Positions 54,906-64,000 are shown, numbered from the stretch's first letter. The stretch: 64,000 bases of DNA from an uncultured Saprospiraceae bacterium (GCA_964641965.1 CAZXLD010000015.1:17516-81515), one strand, 5' to 3'. Program-made: numbers and translations. Notes: a model not told the origin generated them from the letters alone.

Positions 54906-55388
54906 TTGAGCCTGAATGCAATCCATCCATATGAGATGGACAAAATTGATGGAGGAAAAGTCCGTTTTTCGGACTTCAAGGGAAAGAAATTAATGGTGGT
55001 TAATGTAGCTTCAAGATGTGGCTACACATCGCAATACCAGCAATTGGAAGAATTGTATCAAGCGTTTAAGGAAAAGCTGGTAATTGTGGGTATTCCATCC
55101 AATGACTTCGGTGGGCAAGAGCCAGGCAGTAATGAAGATATTGCTTCTTTTTGCCAATCTAATTATGGCATTAGCTTTCTGATGACAGCCAAAGTAAGCA
55201 TAACGGGACCGAAAGCGCATCCTGTGTATCAATGGCTTACGATGAAGGAATACAATGCTGTTCTGGATAGTGAAGTAAAGTGGAATTTCAATAAATTTTT
55301 GATCGACGAGGAAGGTAGATTGCTAAAATGGCTCCCTTCCTCTGTAAGCCCACTTGACCCTGAGGTAATTGATTGGCTTTCCACCTGA
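54906..55388 (+). CDS. Glutathione peroxidase (Cys type)
   Basis: NVASRCGYTSQY, FPSNDFGGQEP-like IPSNDFGGQEP, and WNFNKFLI motifs. A TTG start fits the conserved N-terminus better than the internal ATG. Confidence 0.9.
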   Translation: MSLNAIHPYEMDKIDGGKVRFSDFKGKKLMVVNVASRCGYTSQYQQLEELYQAFKEKLVIVGIPSNDFGGQEPGSNEDIASFCQSNYGISFLMTAKVSITGPKAHPVYQWLTMKEYNAVLDSEVKWNFNKFLIDEEGRLLKWLPSSVSPLDPEVIDWLST

Positions 55389-55430
55389 TTGCCTTTTCTC
55401 CTAGATCGACAGGCTCCTCAATCGGAGCAT

Positions 55431-56579
55431 ATGCGATTTCTAGATATTCCCAGTTTAGAATCAACAACCGACGCCCTATTTGGCCTGGTCCAACAAAATC
55501 GTTTGCCGGGTGCGCTGCTCCTTGTAGGCCCCGCAGGTGGTGGGCAGTTGGCACTTGCGCTTGCATTGGCTAAAGCTGCTCTTTGCACCAATCCCCAAGA
55601 GGGTCGAGCATGCGGTAAATGTCCTTCATGCCTTAAAGTGGAGAAGTTGGTCCATCCTGACCTGCTATTTTCTTTCCCTTACATCGATCCAAAAGTTACT
55701 GCTGACCACTATCTGAGCGAATTCCGAAACCAGCTAATCGCCAATCCGTTTATCGAGGTTCAGCATTGGCTGGAAGCGATTGGAGCCGAAAATAAACAAG
55801 GTAAGATCTACGCCGCAGAATGCAGCGCCATCAATCGAAAGCTAAGTCTAAAGACCTTTGAATCCGCAACCCGAATACTCATCCTTTGGCGCCCCGAATT
55901 CCTGGGGCCAGGAGAAGGAAATCGCCTCTTGAAACTGATCGAGGAACCTCCCGAAGGCACTACTTTCCTTTTAGTAGCTGAGAATACCGAACTCATTCTG
56001 CCTACGGTCCTCTCCCGCTGTCAGATCACACACATTCCTCGGTTTCAAGAAGAAGATATTATGGCCTACCTGGAGGCCGAAAAATCCGTTTCTCCAAACG
56101 CGGGTAGGGCCATTGCCCGTTTGGTAAATGGCAATTTGAACGCCGCCATTCGACTTGCGGAGGAAACGCATGAAAACTATGGTTCCTTTTTTCTCAATTG
56201 GTTTCGAACGACCTGGGAAGGAAAAGGATATGAGCTCGTCCAAACAGCAGAGCAAATCGCTCAGTGGAGTCGAAACCGACAAAAAAGTTTACTTCAATAT
56301 GCTCTGTTTTTTCTGAATGAGCTTCTTGTTCTAAGATATAGAGGCGCAGAACACCTCCGCCTTACTACAGAAGATCAACAAGCAGCTACTAAATTGAATA
56401 AGCTGCTCTCTTTTGAACAGATTGAGTCACTTACAACCATTTTTTCTGAGGCCATCGGGCAGATCGAACGCAATGCGAACGGAAAGCTACTCTTCCTGTG
56501 TTTGGGATTGTGCATCCACCGTATTCAAAGAGGAAAACAGATGCTCGAATTGAGACCGAAGGAAATCAACATATATTAA
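55431..56579 (+). CDS. holB: DNA polymerase III delta-prime subunit
   Basis: LPGALLLVGPAGGGQLALALALAKAALC and the zinc module CGKCPSCLKVEKLVHPDL, plus the SRC motif LSRCQ. The start is set at the ATG at 55431. Confidence 0.85.
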   Translation: MRFLDIPSLESTTDALFGLVQQNRLPGALLLVGPAGGGQLALALALAKAALCTNPQEGRACGKCPSCLKVEKLVHPDLLFSFPYIDPKVTADHYLSEFRNQLIANPFIEVQHWLEAIGAENKQGKIYAAECSAINRKLSLKTFESATRILILWRPEFLGPGEGNRLLKLIEEPPEGTTFLLVAENTELILPTVLSRCQITHIPRFQEEDIMAYLEAEKSVSPNAGRAIARLVNGNLNAAIRLAEETHENYGSFFLNWFRTTWEGKGYELVQTAEQIAQWSRNRQKSLLQYALFFLNELLVLRYRGAEHLRLTTEDQQAATKLNKLLSFEQIESLTTIFSEAIGQIERNANGKLLFLCLGLCIHRIQRGKQMLELRPKEINIY

Positions 56580-56589
56580 ACGAAGGATT

Positions 56590-57849
56590 ATGGGATGTGC
56601 AGGATGTACTGTATCAAATGGTAAGCCCAACGGATGTAAAAGCAATGGTGGGTGCAGCACCGGAGGTTGCAATCGATTAAACACTTACGATTGGCTTTCC
56701 GATCTTGACCTCCCCACGATGGACCCGTTTCCCAAAGTGGAAGTAAGCTTTAAAAATGGGGCCCGTAAATCTTTTTACAATGTGCCCAACCAACTACAAG
56801 TGGCCACGGGGGATAATGTTGTAGTGGAGACAGGCAATGGCTATGACATCGGAAAGATTAGCCTGTCCGGCGAGTTGGTTCGGCTCCAAATGAAAAAGAA
56901 GCGAATCCCGGAAGATGCCAAACTGACTCCCGTATTGCGGGTAGCTAACCCAAGAGATATGGAGCGGCTGCAGGAGGCCCGTGAATTGGAAGTGCCCACC
57001 ATGGTAAAAGCCAGGGTAATTGCGCGCTCGTTGGATCTCAAAATGAAGATTGGCGATGTAGAGTATCAAGGTGATAAGCGCAAGGCCACCTTTTACTACA
57101 CTGCAGACGGCCGGGTTGATTTCAGGGAACTGATCAGGCATTATGCCCGCGAATTCAGAGTTAAAATTGAAATGCGGCAAATAGGTGCCCGGCAAGAATC
57201 GGCACGTATAGGAGGACTGGGTTCTTGCGGTCGGGAATTATGCTGCTCTACCTGGCTGACCGATTTTAAAAGCGTGTCAACGGCAGCGGCCCGCTATCAA
57301 AATCTATCCATAAATCAAAGTAAACTTTCCGGGCAATGCGGCCGCTTGAAATGCTGCCTCAATTATGAGTTGGATACCTATATGGAGGCCCTAGGTGACT
57401 TCCCCAAAAAGGCGGATAAGCTTTTCACTGAAATGGGAAAAGCCAGTTTAATTAAAACTGATATTTTCCGGCGGCTCATGTATTATGCATTTGATAATTC
57501 ATCTGCCAGGGGTAAGTTACATGCACTTGAGATCACCCAGGTCAAAATTATCCTAGAGATGAATGCAGAAGGGAAAAAACCATTAGACCTGGCCAGCTAT
57601 GCTGCCCGAATCGATACCCTGGAAGAGGAAGCCGTCGATTTTGACGATGATGTAACTGGAGTGGTTGAATTACCCAGTGAAAAGAAAAAGAAAAGTCGAA
57701 AGCAGCGGAAGAAACGGGATAATCGGCAGAAAACAGTCGGAAAGAAAAACCCCAAGAGTGAAAAATCCGGTTCAACGGAAGAGAATCGAACTAAAAAGCG
57801 AGGCGGGCGTAATAAAAAGCGACAGAACCCCAATCAAAAAAAGAATTAG
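56590..57849 (+). CDS. PSP1-domain protein (YaaT/RicT-like) with a Cys-rich N-terminus and a highly basic tail
   Basis: The PSP1 core has GSCGRELCCSTWL and GQCGRLKCCLNYE. It shows the classic holB-yaaT synteny. The tail is KKKKSRKQRKKRDNRQK... Confidence 0.85.
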   Translation: MGCAGCTVSNGKPNGCKSNGGCSTGGCNRLNTYDWLSDLDLPTMDPFPKVEVSFKNGARKSFYNVPNQLQVATGDNVVVETGNGYDIGKISLSGELVRLQMKKKRIPEDAKLTPVLRVANPRDMERLQEARELEVPTMVKARVIARSLDLKMKIGDVEYQGDKRKATFYYTADGRVDFRELIRHYAREFRVKIEMRQIGARQESARIGGLGSCGRELCCSTWLTDFKSVSTAAARYQNLSINQSKLSGQCGRLKCCLNYELDTYMEALGDFPKKADKLFTEMGKASLIKTDIFRRLMYYAFDNSSARGKLHALEITQVKIILEMNAEGKKPLDLASYAARIDTLEEEAVDFDDDVTGVVELPSEKKKKSRKQRKKRDNRQKTVGKKNPKSEKSGSTEENRTKKRGGRNKKRQNPNQKKN

Positions 57850-57932
57850 CTTTTATTCGTGTTGTGACCAGCAACTAATACCTGGCCATTATGCGTATTT
57901 AACAAACTTAAACTGAACGAATTCAATTGTCC

Positions 57933-59339
57933 ATGCAATACGATGTAACGGTTATCGGATCAGGCCCCGGCGGCTATGTAGCTGCGATCAGATGTGCCCA
58001 ATTAGGTCTAAAAACAGCCATCATTGAGCGCTACCCTACGCTGGGAGGGACCTGCCTGAATGTTGGATGTATCCCTTCAAAAGCCCTGTTAGACTCCTCC
58101 GAGCATTTTCATATTGCAGAAGCTCGATTTGCTGAGCATGGAATTGACATCAACAAGCCCAAGGTGAATATGCCGCAAATGATCAAGCGGAAAAACGAGG
58201 TGGTGGATGCCAACGTCAAAGGGGTGGACTTTTTAATGAAGAAAAATAAAATCACCGTCCACCAGGGTCATGGTACGTTCAAGGACAAGCATACCATTTC
58301 TATTGCCAAAGAGGATGGCAGCAGCGAAGAAATTACCAGTGATAAAGTGATCATTGCCACGGGCTCCAAGCCGATCATGCCGGCAGATTTTCCATACGAC
58401 AAACAACGTGTCATTACTTCCACCGAAGCTCTGAATATTGAGGAAGTTCCTAAAAAAATGGTCGTCGTGGGTGGAGGGGTAATTGGCCTGGAATTAGGCT
58501 CTGTTTTTGCTCGTCTTGGCACCCAGGTAGAGGTGGTAGAATTCATGGATCGCATTTTGCCCGGCATGGATAAAGACTGCGGGAAAGAGCTTCAACGGTC
58601 CATGAAAAAACTAGGTGTCAAGTTTCATACCCGTCACAAGGTCACCGACATCAAGATCAATAAGAAAAGTGTCACGGTTTCGGTTGAGCCCCGAGATGAA
58701 GGGGCGGAAGCTTTCACGCTTAATGTGGACTACTGCCTGGTTTCTATTGGCCGGCGTCCATATACGGATAAGCTGGGTTTGGAAAATATTGGGGTAGAGA
58801 CCGACGAAAGGGGCAGGGTGCTGGTCAACGAGTACCTTCAAACCCAAGTAGACAACGTTTATGCCATTGGCGACGTGATCCGAGGCGCCATGTTGGCACA
58901 TAAAGCCGAGGAAGAAGGTGTTATGGCAGCGGAAATTATTGCTGGTCAACATCCGCACATCGATTACAATCTCATTCCAAATGTGGTGTACACCTGGCCT
59001 GAGGTAGCTTCTGTTGGTCAAACCGAGGAGCAACTTAAAGAGGCAGGTATTCCCTACAAATCAGGAAAGTTCCCGATAAAAGCGCTGGGCCGTGCACGTG
59101 CCAGCATGGATTTGGAAGGGATGGTGAAGGTGTTGTCTCATCAGGAAACCGATGAGATCCTGGGCGTTCATATGGTTGGCCCTAGGGCTGCCGATATGAT
59201 TGCAGAAGCTGTGGCGCTGATGGAGTTCAGAGCTTCTGCTGAAGATGCGGGGCGGATGAGCCACGCCCACCCTACTTATACCGAAGCGATGAAAGAGGCG
59301 GCTCTGGCTGCGAGCGAGAATCGGCCTATTCATTTGTAA
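57933..59339 (+). CDS. lpdA: Dihydrolipoyl dehydrogenase (E3)
   Basis: YDVTVIGSGPGGYVAAIRCAQLG and the redox disulfide GGTCLNVGCIPSK, plus a C-terminal HAHPTYTEA. The start is set at the ATG at 57933. Confidence 0.95.
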   Translation: MQYDVTVIGSGPGGYVAAIRCAQLGLKTAIIERYPTLGGTCLNVGCIPSKALLDSSEHFHIAEARFAEHGIDINKPKVNMPQMIKRKNEVVDANVKGVDFLMKKNKITVHQGHGTFKDKHTISIAKEDGSSEEITSDKVIIATGSKPIMPADFPYDKQRVITSTEALNIEEVPKKMVVVGGGVIGLELGSVFARLGTQVEVVEFMDRILPGMDKDCGKELQRSMKKLGVKFHTRHKVTDIKINKKSVTVSVEPRDEGAEAFTLNVDYCLVSIGRRPYTDKLGLENIGVETDERGRVLVNEYLQTQVDNVYAIGDVIRGAMLAHKAEEEGVMAAEIIAGQHPHIDYNLIPNVVYTWPEVASVGQTEEQLKEAGIPYKSGKFPIKALGRARASMDLEGMVKVLSHQETDEILGVHMVGPRAADMIAEAVALMEFRASAEDAGRMSHAHPTYTEAMKEAALAASENRPIHL

Positions 59340-59566
59340 ATCCGAATAGGTGAAATTAAATTGCCCAAACAAAAGGACTAGCACATTTTACTTAAGATGT
59401 TAATCGAACGGGAGGACATGACAAAAGCTAGCCCTCCCATTCTCTTGGTTGTATTTAACCTACAGCGATATCAGCAACTATGATGAAGCTGGTAACGAAT
59501 CCGACAATGGTTAAAGTAAACATAGTGAATAGTTTAGTATCCTTTAATTTAAGAATAATCAGGACA

Positions 59567-61000
59567 TCATCCTAATTTCTTTTCGCTGATCTTCTCTAAC
59601 AACCAACTCTTTTGGATAGAATTACTTTGTTTGATCTCTTGATCTATTTGAGTCAGATCCTCCTTTTCAAAAGGTTGAACAAAGGCTACTTTTTTTACTA
59701 GTTTAAGTAATAATAGATATTGTTGTTTTATTTCCTTGGAGATACCTTTCTTCCTGCGTAAATATATTCGAAAGGATTCCAATAAAGACTCTAGGGAGCG
59801 AAATTCATCCATCTCGTAATAAGTCTTCAATAACAACAAACGACTTCCAAGGGAATAAGAAAGATCTCCATATTCTACCCTGGAAAGTTGTTTGATCACT
59901 AAATCAAATTTTCGCTGATGAAAATAGACCTTCGCCAGATTATAGTTGAGTGCGTTTTCTTGTTCTTTTTGGGGAATTTTAGGGGTAAATTTTTGAATAA
60001 AGTCTTCAACCCATGTATATTCCTTGACTTGCAAGCCAACTGTAATTATATTCCGATAAAAGGCAAAACTCAATTTTCCATCTTCCAGAATTATTTCTTT
60101 TGAGATCCCTATTTTAAAAAGATCAAACAATTCGTGAAAAAAATAGGCGTCACCTTTATTGATTTTGGTATTGATACAATAATTATAAAGGTGAATGAAC
60201 AGAGCCTTCTGGTCTTTAGAAGAAAATACTTGCAATTTTATTGTAAGTAAATGTTTTAGCCTTTGATAAGACTCTTCTTGCGATGAGGAATCATGCAATT
60301 TGATTACCAGATAATACGCATTGATCAATGGGTGTTGTAAAACCTCTGATTGGAATAACCATTGTTCGATTTCCGGAGTAATAGTCTTAGAGGGTTGGGA
60401 ACTATCCATGCCCTTATATCTAGTGTAGTCAAGGTAATCCCCGATAAATCTCAACTTTTCCAGAGCGAAGAAAAAGTCGAGTTTTTTGTCTGCTTCTTCC
60501 AGGCCTCTAAGGCTGCTTACAAAATTGGATAGTTTTTCCTCCTGTTCGTGCCGAATCTTGAAGAACAGATATTGTTGGTAGAAATCCTCAGCATCCAGTT
60601 TTTCTTTCTTATGGAGTAAGCTATTCTGCTTTTTTGCAATACTATGAAATTGTTTAGTGAGCGACCGCTCGGAAAGAGATCCCAGCAACTCATTTCCAAC
60701 TTTCTCTTTGCTGGAATGCCATTTTTCAAGGGCGATAAACTGATAAAACAACTGGATTAACTCGGAGAATAGCCTGCGCAACTGTAAATCATCATAAGGC
60801 CTTTCCTTATACAACGATTCCCAAACATCTGGTTTAGTGAGTTGTTCTTTATTCGGATTCAAAGAAGGCAAGATCAAGTCAAGCAAAGAAACGAGTTCAT
60901 GTTTTTCACAGAAATAAGGAGATAAAACAAAGGTTTTAAACTTTCGCAGAGAGTTCGCATCCAAAGATCGGAGTAAATAAATGAGTTTGGGACTAGGCAT
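59567..61000 (-). CDS. Hypothetical all-helical (TPR-like?) protein, low-GC orphan
   Basis: An uninterrupted 477-aa ORF rich in K/E/L/F/Y, with no motif I recognise. GC is about 30-37% on three hand-counted 60-nt lines, against about 48% in neighbouring lpdA. Confidence 0.5.
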   Translation of the reverse strand: MPSPKLIYLLRSLDANSLRKFKTFVLSPYFCEKHELVSLLDLILPSLNPNKEQLTKPDVWESLYKERPYDDLQLRRLFSELIQLFYQFIALEKWHSSKEKVGNELLGSLSERSLTKQFHSIAKKQNSLLHKKEKLDAEDFYQQYLFFKIRHEQEEKLSNFVSSLRGLEEADKKLDFFFALEKLRFIGDYLDYTRYKGMDSSQPSKTITPEIEQWLFQSEVLQHPLINAYYLVIKLHDSSSQEESYQRLKHLLTIKLQVFSSKDQKALFIHLYNYCINTKINKGDAYFFHELFDLFKIGISKEIILEDGKLSFAFYRNIITVGLQVKEYTWVEDFIQKFTPKIPQKEQENALNYNLAKVYFHQRKFDLVIKQLSRVEYGDLSYSLGSRLLLLKTYYEMDEFRSLESLLESFRIYLRRKKGISKEIKQQYLLLLKLVKKVAFVQPFEKEDLTQIDQEIKQSNSIQKSWLLEKISEKKLG

Positions 61001-61165
61001 TGGCTCTAGGCTTTTCCAGACAAATTATTGAGAAAGCGTACATTAATAATTGTTTTTCAAATAATTGTACAATCATAGTGAATTACTTTGAGTTGACAAA
61101 TCCCGATAACTGTGCTTTCAAAAATGTAGATTAGTGCTTAACTAGAATGACATAAACTAATCCTG

Positions 61166-62545
61166 ATGAATCGTTTCTTCCTATTCTTCCTATTTATCTG
61201 TGCAAGTTCAATTTGCACTTCTCTTAGAAGCCAAGCCTGCGAGAGCATGATCAAGTTTGCATTTGCAGACGAGAAGAAGGTCGTGATTTACAATATGAGT
61301 ACCGGTTACGATCAGGTACAATGGGATTTAGGAGATGGAGAAGTTCATCACTTCAGTAACGATGCAGTAGTAGTAGATTATGCCGAGTTTCCTGTTACAG
61401 TTTGCCTGACTATAACTAACGAAGCAGGTTGTTCAGATCAATCTTGTGTCGAAATTTACCCCGGTTCACCAGATGATATTTGCCAAACTACTGATTGTAT
61501 CTGGCCAGGCGATATGGATGGCGATGGGAAAGCGAATAATTATGATCTGTTGCGCCTGGGTTTTGGAATTGAGGAATTGGGAACACCCAGGACCCATTTT
61601 CCCATTGCTGACGACTCCATAGCTTGGTTGCCTTCATTTGGCGAAGATTGGTCCCTAGAGTTTATGGGAACAAACTTTAAGCATTTTGATGCAAATGGAA
61701 ACGGGGTCATCGAAGAAAAAGATAAAGAGGCTATCCTTTACAATTATGATCCCGATTTCGATTTTCAGACCATTCAAGATTCAGATGGTCCGAAAGTCTA
61801 TTTGGAATTCCAGGACAGTTCTATTCAAATAGGTCCAGGTGCCAATGAAAAAGTTCATGTAGACCTCCAGATAAGATTAGGTACTTTTGATTTTCCAGTT
61901 ACCAATATCCAGGGAATTGCTTTTTCAATAGATTATCCAAACAGTATTGTAGAACCTGGATCCGCAAGAGCATTTTATCCGGATACCTCATTTTTTGGTC
62001 GTTCGGAAGAAGTGATCACGATTCAGAAGGACCTTTTTTCTTCTAGCCTGGGCAGACTTGATCTAGGTTTAAGTAGGCGGTCGGGCAGAGAGATCACCGG
62101 TTTTGGCACCATTTTTACTACTTCCTTTGTTGTGATCAGTGACATTGCTATCGGAAAGGGAGTCAATTCAATCCCATTTGAGGTCTCCATTTCAAAGGTC
62201 GCCCTGGTCAATAATCAAGGTCAATTAGTTCCCGTACAGCTTGAAAGTGTCCCTGCAAGCATTGATCTCCAAATAGGGACGATCACCTCCACCCGACCCA
62301 ATCCAACGCTAAACAACAAGCTTCAACTCTTCCCCAATCCAACTTCCAGCCTGACTCGATTGCAATGGACCGACCTACAGCCAGAATGGATTCAGGTTAC
62401 CGATGCCTTAGGCAAAGTAGTGCTCCGCCAACAGGCTAATAGTGACTATCTGGATCTGGATACCCGTGGGTGGGGAAGTGGCCTGTATTTGGTCCAAATT
62501 GGTACCTCCGATGGAACAGCCACCAAACGATTAATGGTCCGATAA
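61166..62545 (+). CDS. T9SS cargo with PKD-like domain, two dockerin/EF-hand-like Ca-binding loops, a possible cohesin-like module and a Por-type C-terminal sorting domain
   Basis: Signal peptide. PKD signature VQWDLGDGE...TITNEAGCS. Loops DMDGDGKANNYDLLRL and DANGNGVIEEKDKEAIL. C-terminal domain LQLFPNPTSSLTRLQW...GLYLVQIGTSDGTATKRLMV. Confidence 0.75.
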   Translation: MNRFFLFFLFICASSICTSLRSQACESMIKFAFADEKKVVIYNMSTGYDQVQWDLGDGEVHHFSNDAVVVDYAEFPVTVCLTITNEAGCSDQSCVEIYPGSPDDICQTTDCIWPGDMDGDGKANNYDLLRLGFGIEELGTPRTHFPIADDSIAWLPSFGEDWSLEFMGTNFKHFDANGNGVIEEKDKEAILYNYDPDFDFQTIQDSDGPKVYLEFQDSSIQIGPGANEKVHVDLQIRLGTFDFPVTNIQGIAFSIDYPNSIVEPGSARAFYPDTSFFGRSEEVITIQKDLFSSSLGRLDLGLSRRSGREITGFGTIFTTSFVVISDIAIGKGVNSIPFEVSISKVALVNNQGQLVPVQLESVPASIDLQIGTITSTRPNPTLNNKLQLFPNPTSSLTRLQWTDLQPEWIQVTDALGKVVLRQQANSDYLDLDTRGWGSGLYLVQIGTSDGTATKRLMVR

Positions 62546-62552
62546 AACGGAG

Positions 62553-63218
62553 CTATTTACCGGCAACTACGATCACGATTTCGCCCTTGGTAACGCCATC
62601 GGTCGCATAATAGTCAGCTAATTCGGAAAGGCTACCCGGCCTAACTTCTTCGTGCAGCTTTGATATTTCTCTGCAGACACAAGCCTGCCGATCTTCACCG
62701 CAGTACTCGGCTAATTGCTGTAGGGCTTTAATTAGTCGGTAGGGCGACTCATACAAGATAAACGTGTATGGCAGCTCCGACAGATAGACCAACCTCGTTT
62801 GCCTCCCTTTCTTCTGAGGCAAAAACCCCTCGAAAAAAAAACGATCCGAAGGCAGTCCGGACGCTACCAATGCCGGCACAAAAGCGGTAGCACCAGGCAG
62901 CGCTTGAACACCAACGCCTGCCATGTGGCAAGCTCTGGCTAAAAGGAAACCCGGATCAGAAATTCCTGGCGTCCCAGCATCGGAAACCAGGGCCATCTGC
63001 TTTCCGCTCGCAAGCTCTCGAACAATTGACTCAATGGATTTGTGCTCATTGTGCGCATGGAAACTGCGCATGGACGTGTTTATGTTAAAATGCTTAAGCA
63101 GCTTTCCCGTATTGCGGGTGTCCTCCGCTAAAATAAGATCAACTTCCTTGAGAACCCGAATTGCCCGGAAGGTCATATCTTCTAAATTGCCAACGGGAGT
63201 GGGCACCAGGAAAAGCAT
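62553..63218 (-). CDS. rsmI: 16S rRNA (cytidine1402-2'-O)-methyltransferase
   Basis: LFLVPTPVGNLEDMTFRAIRVLKEVDLILAEDTR, DAGTPGISDPG and YESPYR motifs. Confidence 0.9.
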   Translation of the reverse strand: MLFLVPTPVGNLEDMTFRAIRVLKEVDLILAEDTRNTGKLLKHFNINTSMRSFHAHNEHKSIESIVRELASGKQMALVSDAGTPGISDPGFLLARACHMAGVGVQALPGATAFVPALVASGLPSDRFFFEGFLPQKKGRQTRLVYLSELPYTFILYESPYRLIKALQQLAEYCGEDRQACVCREISKLHEEVRPGSLSELADYYATDGVTKGEIVIVVAGK

Positions 63219-63227
63219 GCATTCGAT

Positions 63228-63485
63228 TTATTCGCCCACCTGATCCACCGTAAAGGTGTAGGTTTCCATAATTACATTGGCCAACAGTTTTCGACAGGCT
63301 TCATCTACTTTGGCCTTTGCCTCCGTTTCATTTTCGGCTTCTACCGTCATGCTCACATGCTTTCCGATCCGAACTTGCCCAACCCCGTGAATATCCAGAT
63401 TCACCATATTTTTCTCCACTGTTTTACCTTGAGGGTCCAACAGTTCCTGGTGGGGCATAACATCAATTTCCGCCTGGTATTTCAT
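63228..63485 (-). CDS. purS: Phosphoribosylformylglycinamidine synthase subunit PurS
   Basis: 85 aa. MKYQAEIDVMPHQELLDPQGKTVEKNM...GKHVSMTVEAENETEAKAKVDEACRKLLANVIMETY is the typical PurS pattern. Confidence 0.9.
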   Translation of the reverse strand: MKYQAEIDVMPHQELLDPQGKTVEKNMVNLDIHGVGQVRIGKHVSMTVEAENETEAKAKVDEACRKLLANVIMETYTFTVDQVGE

Positions 63486-64000
63486 CGGACTGATTTGATT
63501 TAAAAATAAGGGAAAGAAGAATATACAAAAGGATGGTGCCTACTAATCCAGCTTCTCTAAGCCACGTGATGAGTAAGACCGCCGAAAGCACGAAGATAAT
63601 TCGAATCTGGTTTCCCTCCCAGTTCAGGCTTTTGAATTTCAAGCTGAACAAAGGAAGCTCCGATACCAGCAATGCACTTACCGTTCCAATCACGGGATAC
63701 AAGACAAACGGCGAAGTAATCCAATTGCCTAAGGAGAAAGTGTTAAAGGTGGATATCATTAGAAGTCCAATCGCTAATAGAGCAGATGCTGGAGTAGGTA
63801 AACCCAAAAATCCATCTTCTTGCCTAGTATCCAGATTAAACTTGGCCAGTCGGACCGCTGAAGCCAAGGTTACCAAGAAGGCTGGAATAGCCCACGGATC
63901 CAGACTGCCAGACCCTAACCCATTGGATGCTAGTAAAATGTAATAGATCAGCCCAGGTATTACCCCAAACGACACCATATCTGCCAGTGAATCCAGTTGT
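63463..64000 (-). CDS. pssA: CDP-alcohol phosphatidyltransferase (phosphatidylserine synthase-like), C-terminal part; gene runs off the right edge
   Basis: Hand translation upstream of the track ORF continues in frame as QLDSLADMVSFGVIPG. This is the end of the D-x2-DG-x2-AR-x8-G-x3-D-x3-D signature and is followed by hydrophobic helices. Confidence 0.75.
   Translation of the reverse strand, partial: QLDSLADMVSFGVIPGLIYYILLASNGLGSGSLDPWAIPAFLVTLASAVRLAKFNLDTRQEDGFLGLPTPASALLAIGLLMISTFNTFSLGNWITSPFVLYPVIGTVSALLVSELPLFSLKFKSLNWEGNQIRIIFVLSAVLLITWLREAGLVGTILLYILLSLIFKSNQSDEIPGGN

Noticed and set aside
1-64000. Search by eye for CRISPR repeats, IS elements/transposases, integrases, phage genes, toxin-antitoxin pairs and known defence-system genes.
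   Set aside because: No regularly spaced repeats were seen, and no ORF shows transposase, integrase, nuclease-helicase or TA motifs. Absence is based on visual inspection only and should be confirmed with CRISPR, IS, and defence-system detection tools.

Overview
Gene-dense chromosomal segment with about 56 protein-coding genes. It looks like a Bacteroidota genome: three proteins carry type IX secretion (T9SS) C-terminal sorting domains, and there is an SprB repeat, BshA, the HemD-like/DUF4271 pair and TAnnTTTG -7 promoter motifs. Most genes are housekeeping: rnhB, prfA, tsaB, lspA, dnaN, nadD, mreBCD-mrdA, folA, lpxK, queD, holB, lpdA, rsmI, purS and pssA. By eye I found no rRNA, tRNA, CRISPR array, transposase, integrase or phage gene. 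The main accessory element is a ~9.1 kb, ten-gene, translationally coupled minus-strand operon (13024-22139). It joins three parts: a type III polyketide synthase with SrsB/SrsC-like methyltransferase and flavoprotein; a private ACP/ketosynthase/dehydratase/enoyl-reductase-like line with its own PPTase; and a COG1033/MMPL exporter plus a secreted YceI-like lipid-binding protein. I read it as a candidate envelope phenolic-lipid (alkylresorcinol/alkylquinone-type) biosynthesis-and-export system, and I know of no characterised locus with this composition. Other items worth a second look: a CarH/LitR-like MerR regulator in which both signature histidines are replaced; an inverted pair of DnaA-box-like 9-mers upstream of an orphan dnaN; a 635-bp convergent intergenic region ending in a strong plus-strand intrinsic terminator (candidate small RNA); a low-GC orphan helical protein next to a PKD/dockerin-like T9SS cargo; an elongasome operon lacking rodA but coupled to capA-like and folA genes; tandem cysteine-less ArsR paralogues; and a TrpF-like protein lacking the catalytic Cys. 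All calls come from reading the sequence and recalling motifs. No database search was run.
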